Source of the DNA: a virus
DNA: 64,000 nucleotides
Strand: one strand, 5' to 3'
IMG/VR virus record: IMGVR_UViG_3300008116_003012
Location: 55,007-119,006 of that record
Shown here: one piece after another, positions 1 to 10,340 of the stretch
Position numbering within the stretch: the stretch's first letter is position 1
How the letters are laid out: each line of letters begins with the position of its first letter
The notes under the pieces: model-generated
Databases searched by the model: none
Seen by the model: the letters and a program-made list of their open reading frames with translations, nothing else
Told to the model about the DNA's origin: nothing
Made by a program: the position numbers and the translations under genes

Positions 1-499
1 TTACTTGACCAATCACATTTCCAGTTAGATTACCAATAACGTTTCCAGTTAAGTTACCAGTAATATTTCCTGAGATATCTCCGCTAAAGTTTCCTTCAAA
101 AGTTCCTGTGATTATATTAGCAGTGATATCACCGTTAATAACAATATCTCCAACACCTTCAATATTGTAACCATTTAAAGTTAAATCGCCGCCAAGCCTA
201 GGATTAGGATCTTCTATTAAACTGTTGATAGAATCTTGTACATTAAAAGTTACACTGTTAGAATCATAACTTAGAGACAGATTGTTGTTAGCACTTGCTA
301 TACTTCTAAATCTTAGAGTATTAAGAACTTTATCAAGAAAAATAGGGCTGCCGTTGCCTAAATTTTCTGCATATAAAACAACATTGTTTTTTATATTTTG
401 AAAATTTTGATTTGATTTTTCAAAAGCAGTTCGTAAGTCATCACCCGTGCCGTCATTAGGGTAACTGCCTAAATCAACTAGATTAATCTGCAGCGTCAT
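1..499 (-). CDS. Baseplate/tail structural protein, T4 gp9/gp10-like N-terminus (partial, runs off window start)
   Basis: Not in the ORF track because no stop lies in the window. Manual translation from ATG 499 gives MTLQINLVDLGSYPNDGTGDDLRTAFEKINQNF, the GTGD-x-LR-x-AF-x-KIN motif. Preceded by AAGGA SD and a TAAATA box at 520-525. Confidence 0.8.
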   Translation of the reverse strand, partial: MTLQINLVDLGSYPNDGTGDDLRTAFEKSNQNFQNIKNNVVLYAENLGNGSPIFLDKVLNTLRFRSIASANNNLSLSYDSNSVTFNVQDSINSLIEDPNPRLGGDLTLNGYNIEGVGDIVINGDITANIITGTFEGNFSGDISGNITGNLTGNVIGNLTGNVIGQV

Positions 500-546
500 A
501 TGTTTCCTTAGTTGTACTATATTTATGCACCATTTTTAAATATCCT

Positions 547-1665
547 TTAAGCGAATGTAGCATTTAGAGTGTACCATTTGCCGCTTTGAACACCAGGAAT
601 AGAGTCTCTAGTGCAAACAAATTCTAGTGAAGTTTGACTGCTTAGTCTAAATCCAATATTTTCTCCTAGAGTGTTAATTTCATATCCGTCATTAGGATAA
701 ACACTTACATTTAAAAGACTATCATTTCTAACGATAATTCTATACCCCTTTGGAGCACCGTTAGGTAAAATTACTCCTGGAGCAGGATTTCCCGGAGCAG
801 GAGCACTTACATTAGTAATTACACTAACACTCTTTGTTAGTTGATAGGCTCCTGCTTGAGTAGCTCCTGATGCTGTAATATTGTCTTCTACACTGTATGT
901 TATTAATCCAGAGACTTCTAATTCTCCTAGAATTCCTACACTAGTTAAGCTAGAATTTAGTACATTAGCAGCTAATGTATTACCGGTTAGAGTGTTTGCG
1001 GCTGCGGTAAATGTTCCTGAGCCGCCTAGCGTTATAACTTGGCCGTTAACTGTAATACTACTGTTAGCCAGCATTGTGTTAGTCACTGTGCCAGTGTCAG
1101 TTGTATAAACACCGTTTGTAACAGTTGCAGCATTTCCTGTTAAGTTACCGTTAAAAATATTTGCAAATATTTTATTAAATCTAGTTCCGCCTGTGCCTAA
1201 GTTACTTTCAATGTCAGTCTTAACAATAGTATTAGGTTGAGCAGTTATACTAGTTTTTTGTAGGCCAACAGAGACATTGTTATCTATGTTGTTGCCTGTT
1301 GTTTGAATAGTGAATTTAATGTCATTAGTTGGACTAACTCCGCTGGCTCCAAGCTGAGTTCCGTAAACTATTAACTGATCTCCTTCAGTGTATCCATTGC
1401 CGCCATTAACTACTACGACTCCCGTGTACCTAGGAACGTTAGGACCGCCGCTGAACAACGGAACATCTGTGTAAGACACATTAACTACAGCACCGTAACC
1501 ATTTCCTGTTACTGTAGTAACAGCAGCTTGAACCGTTCCAACACCAGCAACTGGAACACCGCTGTCTATTGTAAATGTAGTTGATAATTTTAAAGCATTT
1601 TGTCTTCTTGAAAGAACAGTTGCGCCATCTTCAAAATCTTCAAATAATTGATTGACACCTGCTAG
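547..1665 (-). CDS. C-terminal part of the large tail/structural protein (frame open 1665-547, no convincing own start)
   Basis: The frame of ORF 547..1479 stays open upstream to a TAG at 1666-1668 (LAGVNQLFEDFEDGATV...). It is Gly/Thr/Asn-rich and fibre-like, and overlaps the end of the 2386-aa ORF by 26 nt. Confidence 0.65.
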   Translation of the reverse strand, partial: LAGVNQLFEDFEDGATVLSRRQNALKLSTTFTIDSGVPVAGVGTVQAAVTTVTGNGYGAVVNVSYTDVPLFSGGPNVPRYTGVVVVNGGNGYTEGDQLIVYGTQLGASGVSPTNDIKFTIQTTGNNIDNNVSVGLQKTSITAQPNTIVKTDIESNLGTGGTRFNKIFANIFNGNLTGNAATVTNGVYTTDTGTVTNTMLANSSITVNGQVITLGGSGTFTAAANTLTGNTLAANVLNSSLTSVGILGELEVSGLITYSVEDNITASGATQAGAYQLTKSVSVITNVSAPAPGNPAPGVILPNGAPKGYRIIVRNDSLLNVSVYPNDGYEINTLGENIGFRLSSQTSLEFVCTRDSIPGVQSGKWYTLNATFA

Positions 1666-4600
1666 CTATTTGTGCCGGTGCCGCTGCACCTGTTCCTAAA
1701 TTACCTACAAAACTGTTAGCATTGATGTTTTGAATTTCTGCTAGAGATACACCTGCATTTTTAATGCCTACCCAACCGTCAGTAACTTCAAAGTTTGCAC
1801 TGTCAAAACTTGCTAGGCCACTTAATGCTTGTTTTTGTGCTGCTGTACCTGTAGGAGCAGCGCCAGCAGTTGCAGACAGTTGCATTGAAAGTTTGGATTG
1901 AACTATTCCTGCTGTTGCACTAATGTCATCATTGACAATGCTGTTATTGGCTATTTGGAAATCAATATAAGAATTGTTTAGACTTTCAACAGTTGCACCA
2001 GTAGAATGTACAGCGCCAGCAGTTTCAAATTTAGCTCTTGTAACATTATCAAATCTATTAGCAACAGTAGTAATAGCTCCATAAGAAAATATTTCATTTC
2101 CTATTCTTAAGAATCCATTGTTAGGGAATCCTGTAACATCGTCTACTACAATACCTCCGCTTACACTAGATTGAGTAGTTCCTATTATTCCAGAATCTAT
2201 AACAGGCAATACTGTAATACCTCCTACAAGTAAAGCTGTTACAGTAGTGTCAACAGTTGCACTAAGCACACCTCCGACTGTGCTACTAATAATTGCAGGA
2301 CCAGCTCCAGTAAACACTGGTAACTGACCTTTGTTAGTAGATATTACAGCAACATCTTTTAATTCTGCAAAAGTATCAGACTGTTCAACTAAATTGTCAA
2401 CATATCCTTTTGTTGCAGCATCGGTGTCTGATGAAGGTAATGCTAGGTTAATAATTCTATGAGGAGTAGGAGGATCACCGCCTCCCATATTTAGATCCCC
2501 GCCCATTGGTAAAGTACCTTGTAGATCTAAGAATCCGCTACCAGCAGGTATTCTTTGACTGTCAGTAACAACACCTCCGTTGTGTGTAATACCTAAACGT
2601 CGATCAATATAACCCCTAACTGCACTTTCTGTTGGAACAGTATCTTCAGCATTGTCAGTCATAGTGACATCTGTAGAGAATTCTTTTACAGTAGTACCTC
2701 TCTTAAATCCAATACCGTCTAAGTTACTTAGAGCAATACTTGCAGCAAAAGTAACAGTGCCTGTTCCTTGGTCTACGCTAAAGAATCGTCCTACACGGAA
2801 TATACCGTCTTGGTCTGTACTTACATAGAATACGCGACCTTGTGTTTCTTCTCTAACTTCTTGTGTAGGTTCCGGAGGTGAAGCAGGAGAACCAAACACG
2901 TTGTTAGGATAGTTACTACTGTTGTAACCGCCAGTACCAATATCTAAAAAGTCATGTCCTGTTGCACGGCAAGTACTAATATTAACAGTAATTTCTGCAG
3001 GAGATTCTGCTTTTACACCTGCTCTTAAAACAGTTGATTGTACTGTTGGCAAACTTTGATAGAGGCCGGTGCCAGTAACAACACTTCCGGATCCGTATGC
3101 TATATCTTCTAAATCAACATATGCAGACTCTGCTCCGCTTTCGTCAGTGTAACCTGTAATTCTAAATGTTTTTCCAGCATGTGCTAAAATAAGATTTCCT
3201 GAATTTAATCTTCCTTTGGTAAAATCGCTCTGTATAGTTTTTATAGCAATTCTAGTATCGCCTACTTTTGAGCCCATAGTTTTTAAACCACCGTCTACAT
3301 AGTCAACGTCGTTTAATTTTAATTCATTAGATTGTAATATGGCATAATTATAACTTGTATCAAAAGTTAATATTGCTGTGTCACCGTAAGAAACAGTACC
3401 TGTTCCTGGAGTTGCAGCAAGAACATTATCACCGGGATTGTTGTATGTAAAACTGTTAGGAGTCGGAACAGAAATAATAGTTATAGAAACATCATTAAAC
3501 GTATCATCTGTTGTACATCTAACTTCGTCAATAGAATCTCCAGGATTTAATCCATGGGGTTCTGAAACTGTTACTGTTGCAGTATTACTAGCACGTGAAA
3601 CAGTTGAAATTGCCTTTTGGATTAATAAATTTCCTTCAATTGGGCTATTTCTAGTATAAGCAAGTGTTCTATATACTGTTCCTTCTTCAGCAGGGTCAGT
3701 AAATTCTAATGCTGTCGAAGGTCGTGTAGGTCTAATTACATTTATTCCGGTAAATTTAAAATTCTGTAAACTTCTTATAATTACCAATTGTCCGTCAGTT
3801 AATGGAGCACTTATTCCGCCTGTTACCGCATCAGCATTTAAATTTAATTTAAGCACAGGTCTAGTACCTAATACACCACCTGTGTCAACACCTTCTCCTA
3901 CAGAAGTAGTAAGTTCAACATTACTTACTTCATATCTAACAATGTCGCCTAAGTATGTTATGTCAAACGTTGCACCAGTTCCGGTTCCGCCATCGGAAAG
4001 AGTAGTTACTGTTCCTTTGACAGTCGGGTATCCACCAACGGGATTTATGCTGTAATCTCCAACTTCAATAATTTCAAATCTAGTAATTATACCGTCGCTA
4101 GGTCCTGTAGGTGCTAGTTTTACAGGATCATTATCAATTTCTATTACCCTGATTCTAGTAGTTTTTCCATTAGGATATAATGTGCCGCCTACTACATCTA
4201 TAAATTCTTCCTTAGAATATCCTAAACCTCCGCTAACAATAGTTACATTGTTTGGATTAGTTGGAGTATTAACAACTGCACCTGATCTAGTATTTGAAGT
4301 ATCTATTTCAATTTCAGATACATTCTGAGGTGCAAAACTATAATTGTCAACATATATACTAATTTCTCCTGCTACGTTTTTAGCAGCAAAACTTCCTCTT
4401 CTATATATCTTAGCAACTTGTTGAGTGTCATTGGCTAATGCTACTGGATCAGGAACCTCATTAGGATCACGTCCTGCTGCCCTCATTCCGTACTTACCGT
4501 ATGAGCTATTACCTGCAACACTTCGAATTTGAGAACCGTTTAATGCATAGTAACTAGTCCAGTTATAGTAGGTAAACACAGATACAAGTTCTGCAATACC

Positions 4601-7600
4601 GTTGTTGGTACAAATTACTCCGTAGCCTAAATCGTTAACCTGTGTATAGTCGTTAGCCAACATACTTCTGTTTCCAGGAGTTTCGATAATTATATCAATT
4701 CCTTTTATATCAAAAGTAATAGAACCTGTTGTTGTATGAGCTTTGTCTAGTGTAATAAAATCTTCTGTAACAGAAACAATTTTTGCTCCGGCTGCAAGAA
4801 CACCTGTTCCGCTAACTTTAGTTAATCGCATTCCTTTAACTAGCCCAAGCGTACTGTCCATAGGAATGGTAAATTGACCAACAGTAATGTTTGCATTAGA
4901 TGTTAAATTAGTTGCATCTGGAGTTATTTCAGAACCTAAATAATCTATAAATGGAGTTGAATCATCTAAGATTACTTCAGCAGTAGCAGTGCCAGGATCG
5001 TAAGTAGATACGTTAATCTGATATCTTTCTCCATTTATGTAAAATGCATTAGGAACTTGAATCTCTCTAACATTAAGTCCGCCTATAGTTAGATTGTATT
5101 GATCAGTAGTTGACAATACTTTGGCAGGAAGATTTCCACTGAATCCGTCAATAAACATTCCTCCCCTAAAGCTTTGTTCGTTAACGCTTCCGCTCAAGCT
5201 GGTTGCAGTTTGGCAGTATGGAGATTTAGTTTGAATTTGACCTTCTGGATCAAGAACCATCATAAAGCCGCCGTGACCTTGGCAAGTAATGTTACGCAGG
5301 ATAGTTCCGTCGTTCATTAAGAACACATCCATGTCTTTATTTTCTTTAGGAGGATTGTTAACTCCTATAATAATGTTCTGTATACCTGCAATTAAATCTG
5401 CTACAATAGCTGCAACTGTAGGGCTAGCAGAAAGCAATGGTTGTACCAAAGTATTGATGCGTCCGATGCCTGCAAGAGTTTCTGTTAGTTGAGCTGTTAT
5501 TGCAATTCTAGAACTGGCGTTTCTCTTGTAGGAATAACCTGCTCCTAAAGATCGTTCAATACCTCCATCGGTTATATCGTCAGCTAATGCTTCTACAATA
5601 TAGCCTACATCTCTTGCACACAACACACTGTCATAATCTAAATCTGGATAAGTTGCGTTTATATAAGACACAACTTGATTGGAAATATTTGTTTTAGCAG
5701 CCAATAAGATTCCTGCCTCAACAGTATGGCCGCCAGTTTTTGCAATAGTATCATCGAAAATACCGCTGAGTCCAGTTGGGTCAGATAGATAGTGATATCC
5801 AAATTTGTTGTCTTTTGGAGCTAGACCTGAACTGTTTAAACCTCTTATAGTTGCCCCAACTAATTTAGTTTGCGGAACTTTATCAATTTCAAAACTAGTA
5901 TCATCTCTAAATCTAGTCACTCTGGTTAAATTCTGGAATCGGCCTGTGCCTGACATTACTCTTAAGTACATGCCAACGGTTAACTTGTTTACTGTTCCAG
6001 TAGACAATGTTATTACATTTCCTTTAATTGTGCCAGGGGACGTTTGAGCATCAATCGCTTCACAACTAAAGCTGACAGAACTTGTTGTTCCAGTTATTAC
6101 AGTGTATGTACCGTTGTATGCAGATGGCACTGCACCGCTAACGGTTATAGTAGTACCGTCCGGGAATGGAATACTAGCTTGCGGAGCAAATGACAAAGTT
6201 GCAATGCTACCAGTACCAGTTGCACCTGTACTAACTAATTCGTTTGAAGATGCTGCTGCTGTTTGAGATAAGAATGTTCTTGACAAGCCGTCAAACTCGT
6301 CATCTCTATAGAAGTAGATATTAGCCCATGGACTTAAACTTTGTCCTGCAGCCGGTCTAATAATTACACGTCTAAATTCATCGCCCTTGATAGATACGTT
6401 AGTAGCTATTCTAATTGGCAATTGTTCGTAATACACTCCACTTTCTATTCTAATTGTCACTTGTTGTTCAGGAACAGGCTGACCGTACTCTAATTCTTCG
6501 CCTGGAATAAATTCTAAAGGAGTTCCAGGTTGCGCTGTTCCGTTAGCTACAATGTCGCTTATCGATGCAAAAAATTTAGTTATTAAAGGTAATGTTCCTT
6601 CTTCTGCTTCGTTTCCAGCTGTAGATTGGCTAATAGTTCCCCTCTTTCCAAATGCTCCGGCAGTTGTAGTTGAACTGATTGTATTATTCACTAATATTTG
6701 TTGCATTAACAATTTTATGTAATTAATACCATCTAATGTTTGAGAAAGTTGCTCTGTAGGTAATGCAGAAGCTGCGCCTCTTCTATAAGCTTTTGCAGCT
6801 TTGATAACATTTGAATTTCCGCCGTAAAGCACATCTTTTTTAACTGCTTCTACAATATAGCCTACATCTCTTGCACACTTAACTTGATCGTAATCAACTG
6901 TAGTAAGTTTAGAATCTATGTACAAAACAACTTCGTTTTTTATAAATTCTAAATTACTTTCTAATTTTGAAGCAGCATCTATGTAGCCAGTTTGAAAATA
7001 AACTATATCTTTAGTATCATGTAGTAATTCTACAATATATTGATCGTTAACACCACTGACTCCTACATAGTTTATTACTTTACCTGTAGCTCCGCTTCCT
7101 AATCCTTTAATGATACTGCCTTCTCTTAAATCTCGGTTTTCAACATTTATACTTTGATCAACACCTTGACCGTCAGTAAACACGTTCAATGTTCTAATTG
7201 ATCCAATACCTGAAGTTAAAGAATTAATATAAGCTTTATATGCGTTGCTTCCGTATGTTAGGGGTTGTCTATAAGGACCTGGTTCAGTCTCACTTATTCT
7301 TATCATTTCTTCTGCTTTTTCGCAAGCCTTGCTTAGGCTAGCATAAGCAGAAGAAAATGCTCTTCCTTGTCTTTCTTCTGGAATGTTTAGTTGTTCATCA
7401 CTTCCTGTTGTAGAAACAAAAAGATTGTTAGGACTTACATAGCTTGAACTATCAACATAAAGTTTAGTTGCTGCTTGAAGGTCATCTAAGCCAAAAGGTG
7501 TTCCTACTCCTGAAAAACTTCCTGGGTGATCAAATAAAATTAAATCACCTTCCATGTTATCACCTTGTCGACGAACAGTGCTCTTACGAGGCAAGGATTC

Positions 7601-8800
7601 ATCGCTTATCCAGTTTCCAGAAAGTGTAGGATCGTATGCAGCATCTACAAGTTGTTCATCTCCTCTAAATTGAGAAACTAAACTAAATGTTAGGTCTTGT
7701 CCTGGACTTACGCCGCCTAGACTTGTTCCAAGTATTTTAAGATCATCACCTTGAACATATTCATCATCCCCAAAATCAACAAAAGTAATAATAATATTAT
7801 TTTCAGAGTATATAGGATTGTTATTAGTTTTTTCTACTCGTACTGTTGCTCCAGATCCGATGCCAGTAACAGTTGTTACGTTTAATTCTTCATAGATAAA
7901 CGGAACAGATAGCCCTGTTCCAGAAATACTAGTAGGATCAACATTGTATACAGTTTGACTAATCTCAGGATCAATGTTAACAACTATGCGAGTGTTGTTA
8001 AAATTAACATCATCAATGGCTTGCTCTCTAGAAGGATATACTGCTAATCTATCATCATCGTAATATCGAAGATAGTAAGTGTCTTCGGTGATTAGTCCAG
8101 TTGCCGGAGTGTTTCCTGTATTTACATAAACAAATGCTGCACCGTTAATTGAAGTATTAAATCCATGTCCAGGTATAACGGCATACCCGTCTTGATCCCA
8201 ATTATCAACTGTTAAAGAATATTCAGATACATCTTCAGGTTCAGAACGAACTCTGATGCGTCCACCTATACCTGTAAAACCTCCTGTTTGCACATATCTA
8301 CGATCAGCATATCCTCTAGTTATTACTAGGTCATCTTCACCTATAGATGTATTGTGTAACGTATTGAATAAGTTTCTAGCTTCTGCACTAGGGTTTGCAA
8401 TATTGCCTATAGCAAATTGATTACCATTTAGGTGATTTCCTAAAACTGGTTCGTCGTCATTAACTAATCTTCCGCCGGTTGTAGTAATGACAATTTCATT
8501 TTCGTCAGCATGATTAACCAGTATTCCTTCTCCGCCTACTAATTTCTTAGCAACTAATGCATCGGCAAATTCACTTGAAACAATAACTTTATCAGCATCA
8601 GAACCGAGGTCTCCTCTTGGTACTCCATTAGGGAATCCGTCCGGTGTATCATCCAAATCTCCGAAAGATATCGTATCGCCTGATCCAAATATTGCAAAAA
8701 GTTGTGTAAAATTATCGTTTACTTTTCGAAAAGATTCACGAATACTATCACCAGTTCCGTCGTTACCCTGTGTACCAATGTCGATAGTTTGTCTTGCCAT
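1640..8800 (-). CDS. Very large baseplate/tail-associated structural protein (2386 aa; probably continues by +1 frame change into 547..1665)
   Basis: N-terminus MARQTIDIGTQGNDGTGDSIRESFRKVNDNF (gp9/gp10-type motif); DAATKGYVD/QAATKLYVD fibre motifs; two CARDVGYIVEA repeats; GGAG SD and TAAATA at 8837-8842. Confidence 0.8.
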   Translation of the reverse strand: MARQTIDIGTQGNDGTGDSIRESFRKVNDNFTQLFAIFGSGDTISFGDLDDTPDGFPNGVPRGDLGSDADKVIVSSEFADALVAKKLVGGEGILVNHADENEIVITTTGGRLVNDDEPVLGNHLNGNQFAIGNIANPSAEARNLFNTLHNTSIGEDDLVITRGYADRRYVQTGGFTGIGGRIRVRSEPEDVSEYSLTVDNWDQDGYAVIPGHGFNTSINGAAFVYVNTGNTPATGLITEDTYYLRYYDDDRLAVYPSREQAIDDVNFNNTRIVVNIDPEISQTVYNVDPTSISGTGLSVPFIYEELNVTTVTGIGSGATVRVEKTNNNPIYSENNIIITFVDFGDDEYVQGDDLKILGTSLGGVSPGQDLTFSLVSQFRGDEQLVDAAYDPTLSGNWISDESLPRKSTVRRQGDNMEGDLILFDHPGSFSGVGTPFGLDDLQAATKLYVDSSSYVSPNNLFVSTTGSDEQLNIPEERQGRAFSSAYASLSKACEKAEEMIRISETEPGPYRQPLTYGSNAYKAYINSLTSGIGSIRTLNVFTDGQGVDQSINVENRDLREGSIIKGLGSGATGKVINYVGVSGVNDQYIVELLHDTKDIVYFQTGYIDAASKLESNLEFIKNEVVLYIDSKLTTVDYDQVKCARDVGYIVEAVKKDVLYGGNSNVIKAAKAYRRGAASALPTEQLSQTLDGINYIKLLMQQILVNNTISSTTTAGAFGKRGTISQSTAGNEAEEGTLPLITKFFASISDIVANGTAQPGTPLEFIPGEELEYGQPVPEQQVTIRIESGVYYEQLPIRIATNVSIKGDEFRRVIIRPAAGQSLSPWANIYFYRDDEFDGLSRTFLSQTAAASSNELVSTGATGTGSIATLSFAPQASIPFPDGTTITVSGAVPSAYNGTYTVITGTTSSVSFSCEAIDAQTSPGTIKGNVITLSTGTVNKLTVGMYLRVMSGTGRFQNLTRVTRFRDDTSFEIDKVPQTKLVGATIRGLNSSGLAPKDNKFGYHYLSDPTGLSGIFDDTIAKTGGHTVEAGILLAAKTNISNQVVSYINATYPDLDYDSVLCARDVGYIVEALADDITDGGIERSLGAGYSYKRNASSRIAITAQLTETLAGIGRINTLVQPLLSASPTVAAIVADLIAGIQNIIIGVNNPPKENKDMDVFLMNDGTILRNITCQGHGGFMMVLDPEGQIQTKSPYCQTATSLSGSVNEQSFRGGMFIDGFSGNLPAKVLSTTDQYNLTIGGLNVREIQVPNAFYINGERYQINVSTYDPGTATAEVILDDSTPFIDYLGSEITPDATNLTSNANITVGQFTIPMDSTLGLVKGMRLTKVSGTGVLAAGAKIVSVTEDFITLDKAHTTTGSITFDIKGIDIIIETPGNRSMLANDYTQVNDLGYGVICTNNGIAELVSVFTYYNWTSYYALNGSQIRSVAGNSSYGKYGMRAAGRDPNEVPDPVALANDTQQVAKIYRRGSFAAKNVAGEISIYVDNYSFAPQNVSEIEIDTSNTRSGAVVNTPTNPNNVTIVSGGLGYSKEEFIDVVGGTLYPNGKTTRIRVIEIDNDPVKLAPTGPSDGIITRFEIIEVGDYSINPVGGYPTVKGTVTTLSDGGTGTGATFDITYLGDIVRYEVSNVELTTSVGEGVDTGGVLGTRPVLKLNLNADAVTGGISAPLTDGQLVIIRSLQNFKFTGINVIRPTRPSTALEFTDPAEEGTVYRTLAYTRNSPIEGNLLIQKAISTVSRASNTATVTVSEPHGLNPGDSIDEVRCTTDDTFNDVSITIISVPTPNSFTYNNPGDNVLAATPGTGTVSYGDTAILTFDTSYNYAILQSNELKLNDVDYVDGGLKTMGSKVGDTRIAIKTIQSDFTKGRLNSGNLILAHAGKTFRITGYTDESGAESAYVDLEDIAYGSGSVVTGTGLYQSLPTVQSTVLRAGVKAESPAEITVNISTCRATGHDFLDIGTGGYNSSNYPNNVFGSPASPPEPTQEVREETQGRVFYVSTDQDGIFRVGRFFSVDQGTGTVTFAASIALSNLDGIGFKRGTTVKEFSTDVTMTDNAEDTVPTESAVRGYIDRRLGITHNGGVVTDSQRIPAGSGFLDLQGTLPMGGDLNMGGGDPPTPHRIINLALPSSDTDAATKGYVDNLVEQSDTFAELKDVAVISTNKGQLPVFTGAGPAIISSTVGGVLSATVDTTVTALLVGGITVLPVIDSGIIGTTQSSVSGGIVVDDVTGFPNNGFLRIGNEIFSYGAITTVANRFDNVTRAKFETAGAVHSTGATVESLNNSYIDFQIANNSIVNDDISATAGIVQSKLSMQLSATAGAAPTGTAAQKQALSGLASFDSANFEVTDGWVGIKNAGVSLAEIQNINANSFVGNLGTGAAAPAQIASRCQSII
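5588..6878. repeat. 34-bp exact direct repeat (5588-5621 and 6845-6878) encoding CARDVGYIVEA
   Basis: tgcttctacaatatagcctacatctcttgcacac is present at both positions. Confidence 0.9.
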
Positions 8801-8876
8801 GTATTACTCCGTTAGAAGATTTTCATCTCTTTTCAATATTTACCAAATTTTTTTGTAAACTTAATGTAAATAAACG

Positions 8877-9164
8877 ATGTATCTTAAAGAAGAAATAGAA
8901 ACTGTCTCGTATACTAGAAAAAGTAAATTAGGAATAGAACATGCGTATGTTCGATCTAAGAAAATATGTATTTTTCGTTGCGACAATTGCGGATTGGTAT
9001 TCCAAAGAGAACGTGCTAAAATGAGTCCTAAAAGGCTAAGCAACAACTATTTTCATTGTTGTAGTAATTGCGATGCTAAACGCTTTGCTCAAAAGAAAGG
9101 TACTGATAGACGCACTATGTGGGATAAACCTGCAAGTAGTTTAGATGATATAAGTAAATTATGA
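8877..9164 (+). CDS. Small Cys-rich (putative zinc-binding) phage protein
   Basis: 95-aa ORF with CDNC and CCSNC motifs; TAAATA at 8867-8872, 4 nt before the ATG. Confidence 0.7.
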   Translation: MYLKEEIETVSYTRKSKLGIEHAYVRSKKICIFRCDNCGLVFQRERAKMSPKRLSNNYFHCCSNCDAKRFAQKKGTDRRTMWDKPASSLDDISKL

Positions 9165-10045
9165 ATAATCTATTTGTTTATGGAGATAGTTTTGCTTCTC
9201 CGTCTGCTATCACAAAAGAAACATGGGTTAATATTTTAGCTGATAGTCTTAATTATCAAGTAGTCAACAATGCTGTTTTAGGAAGTAGCACAGAGTATTC
9301 TTTTTTTAAATTTGTAAAAGATGCTCAAAATGATATTTTTAAAGAAGAAGATATAATTATTTTTGTAATAAGCAGTCCAGGGCGCTTATATTTTAACTAT
9401 CAATTATTTGATGATCCGTCAACTGGATCTAGATTTTTAGGTCCTATAAGAAAGACAGATCTTTCAAATTTATGGTATAAAGAAAATAAAGATAATATTA
9501 AATGGTATGTAAGAAATACAAATCAAGAATTAAATCAAATTAATCATGAATCTTATATTGAAGTTTTAAAGTCTTTTGCTAGAAAAAATCCTAAACTAAC
9601 GTTTTTTGTAATGCATAATCCTGAACCTTTAAATCTTTTTAAACTAGATCAATGCCCTCCTAATTTTTTCATGCCGGATATTTGTTTAGTTGAAATATCA
9701 AATAGAGAAATTATCGATCAAACTAACTGTGATTTTTCCAGCTGGACTAGATATACAGATATAGATTGTAGATTAAATCATTTAACTAATCCAAATCATA
9801 AAATTTTAGCTAATTCTATAAAAAATACTATAACCAAAAAAACTATAGATTTTTGGAATTATGATTTATTTCATCAAGGAATAATTAAACAAATTACAGA
9901 TTTAGCAGAATACAAACATTTTGTTGATAAACAGATTTTATTTCAATTTCCGAGAATTGAAAAAAAATTATCTAAAAAAGTTTCAATATTTAGACAGTGT
10001 ATAAATAAAATCACGAAAGGGGAACATTATGTTCACATTTATTAA
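9161..10045 (+). CDS. SGNH/GDSL-like hypothetical protein
   Basis: N-terminal VYGDSF and C-terminal NHL motifs; ATGA overlap with the upstream gene; AT-rich. Confidence 0.55.
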   Translation: MNNLFVYGDSFASPSAITKETWVNILADSLNYQVVNNAVLGSSTEYSFFKFVKDAQNDIFKEEDIIIFVISSPGRLYFNYQLFDDPSTGSRFLGPIRKTDLSNLWYKENKDNIKWYVRNTNQELNQINHESYIEVLKSFARKNPKLTFFVMHNPEPLNLFKLDQCPPNFFMPDICLVEISNREIIDQTNCDFSSWTRYTDIDCRLNHLTNPNHKILANSIKNTITKKTIDFWNYDLFHQGIIKQITDLAEYKHFVDKQILFQFPRIEKKLSKKVSIFRQCINKITKGEHYVHIY

Positions 10046-10340
10046 AAAATTATTTGGTTTCGATCAAGAAACTATTAAGGCAGCTGGAGTACAAATTGAA
10101 CAGGCACCTTACAAAGTACCTGAGCCAGTAGCTCCGACTCCAATCCCACTAGTACCAGAGGCAGTACCAATGGTAGCAGTAGAAAAGCCAGCACCTGTTG
10201 TTGAAGCTGCTCCCGCAAAGCCAGCTCGTAAACCACGTGCTCCAAAAGCGCCTGTCGCAGAAAAAGCAGCCCCTGTTAAGAAGGCTGCTGCAATTAAGGC
10301 TGCTCCAAAAGCTAAAACACCTCGTTCAAAGAAGGTTTAA
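10029..10340 (+). CDS. Ala/Lys/Pro-rich basic protein (histone H1-like tail)
   Basis: C-terminal PAKPARKPRAPKAP...KKAAAIKAAPKAKTPRSKK; TATAAATA at 10000-10007 and GGGG SD. Confidence 0.65.
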   Translation: MFTFIKKLFGFDQETIKAAGVQIEQAPYKVPEPVAPTPIPLVPEAVPMVAVEKPAPVVEAAPAKPARKPRAPKAPVAEKAAPVKKAAAIKAAPKAKTPRSKKV

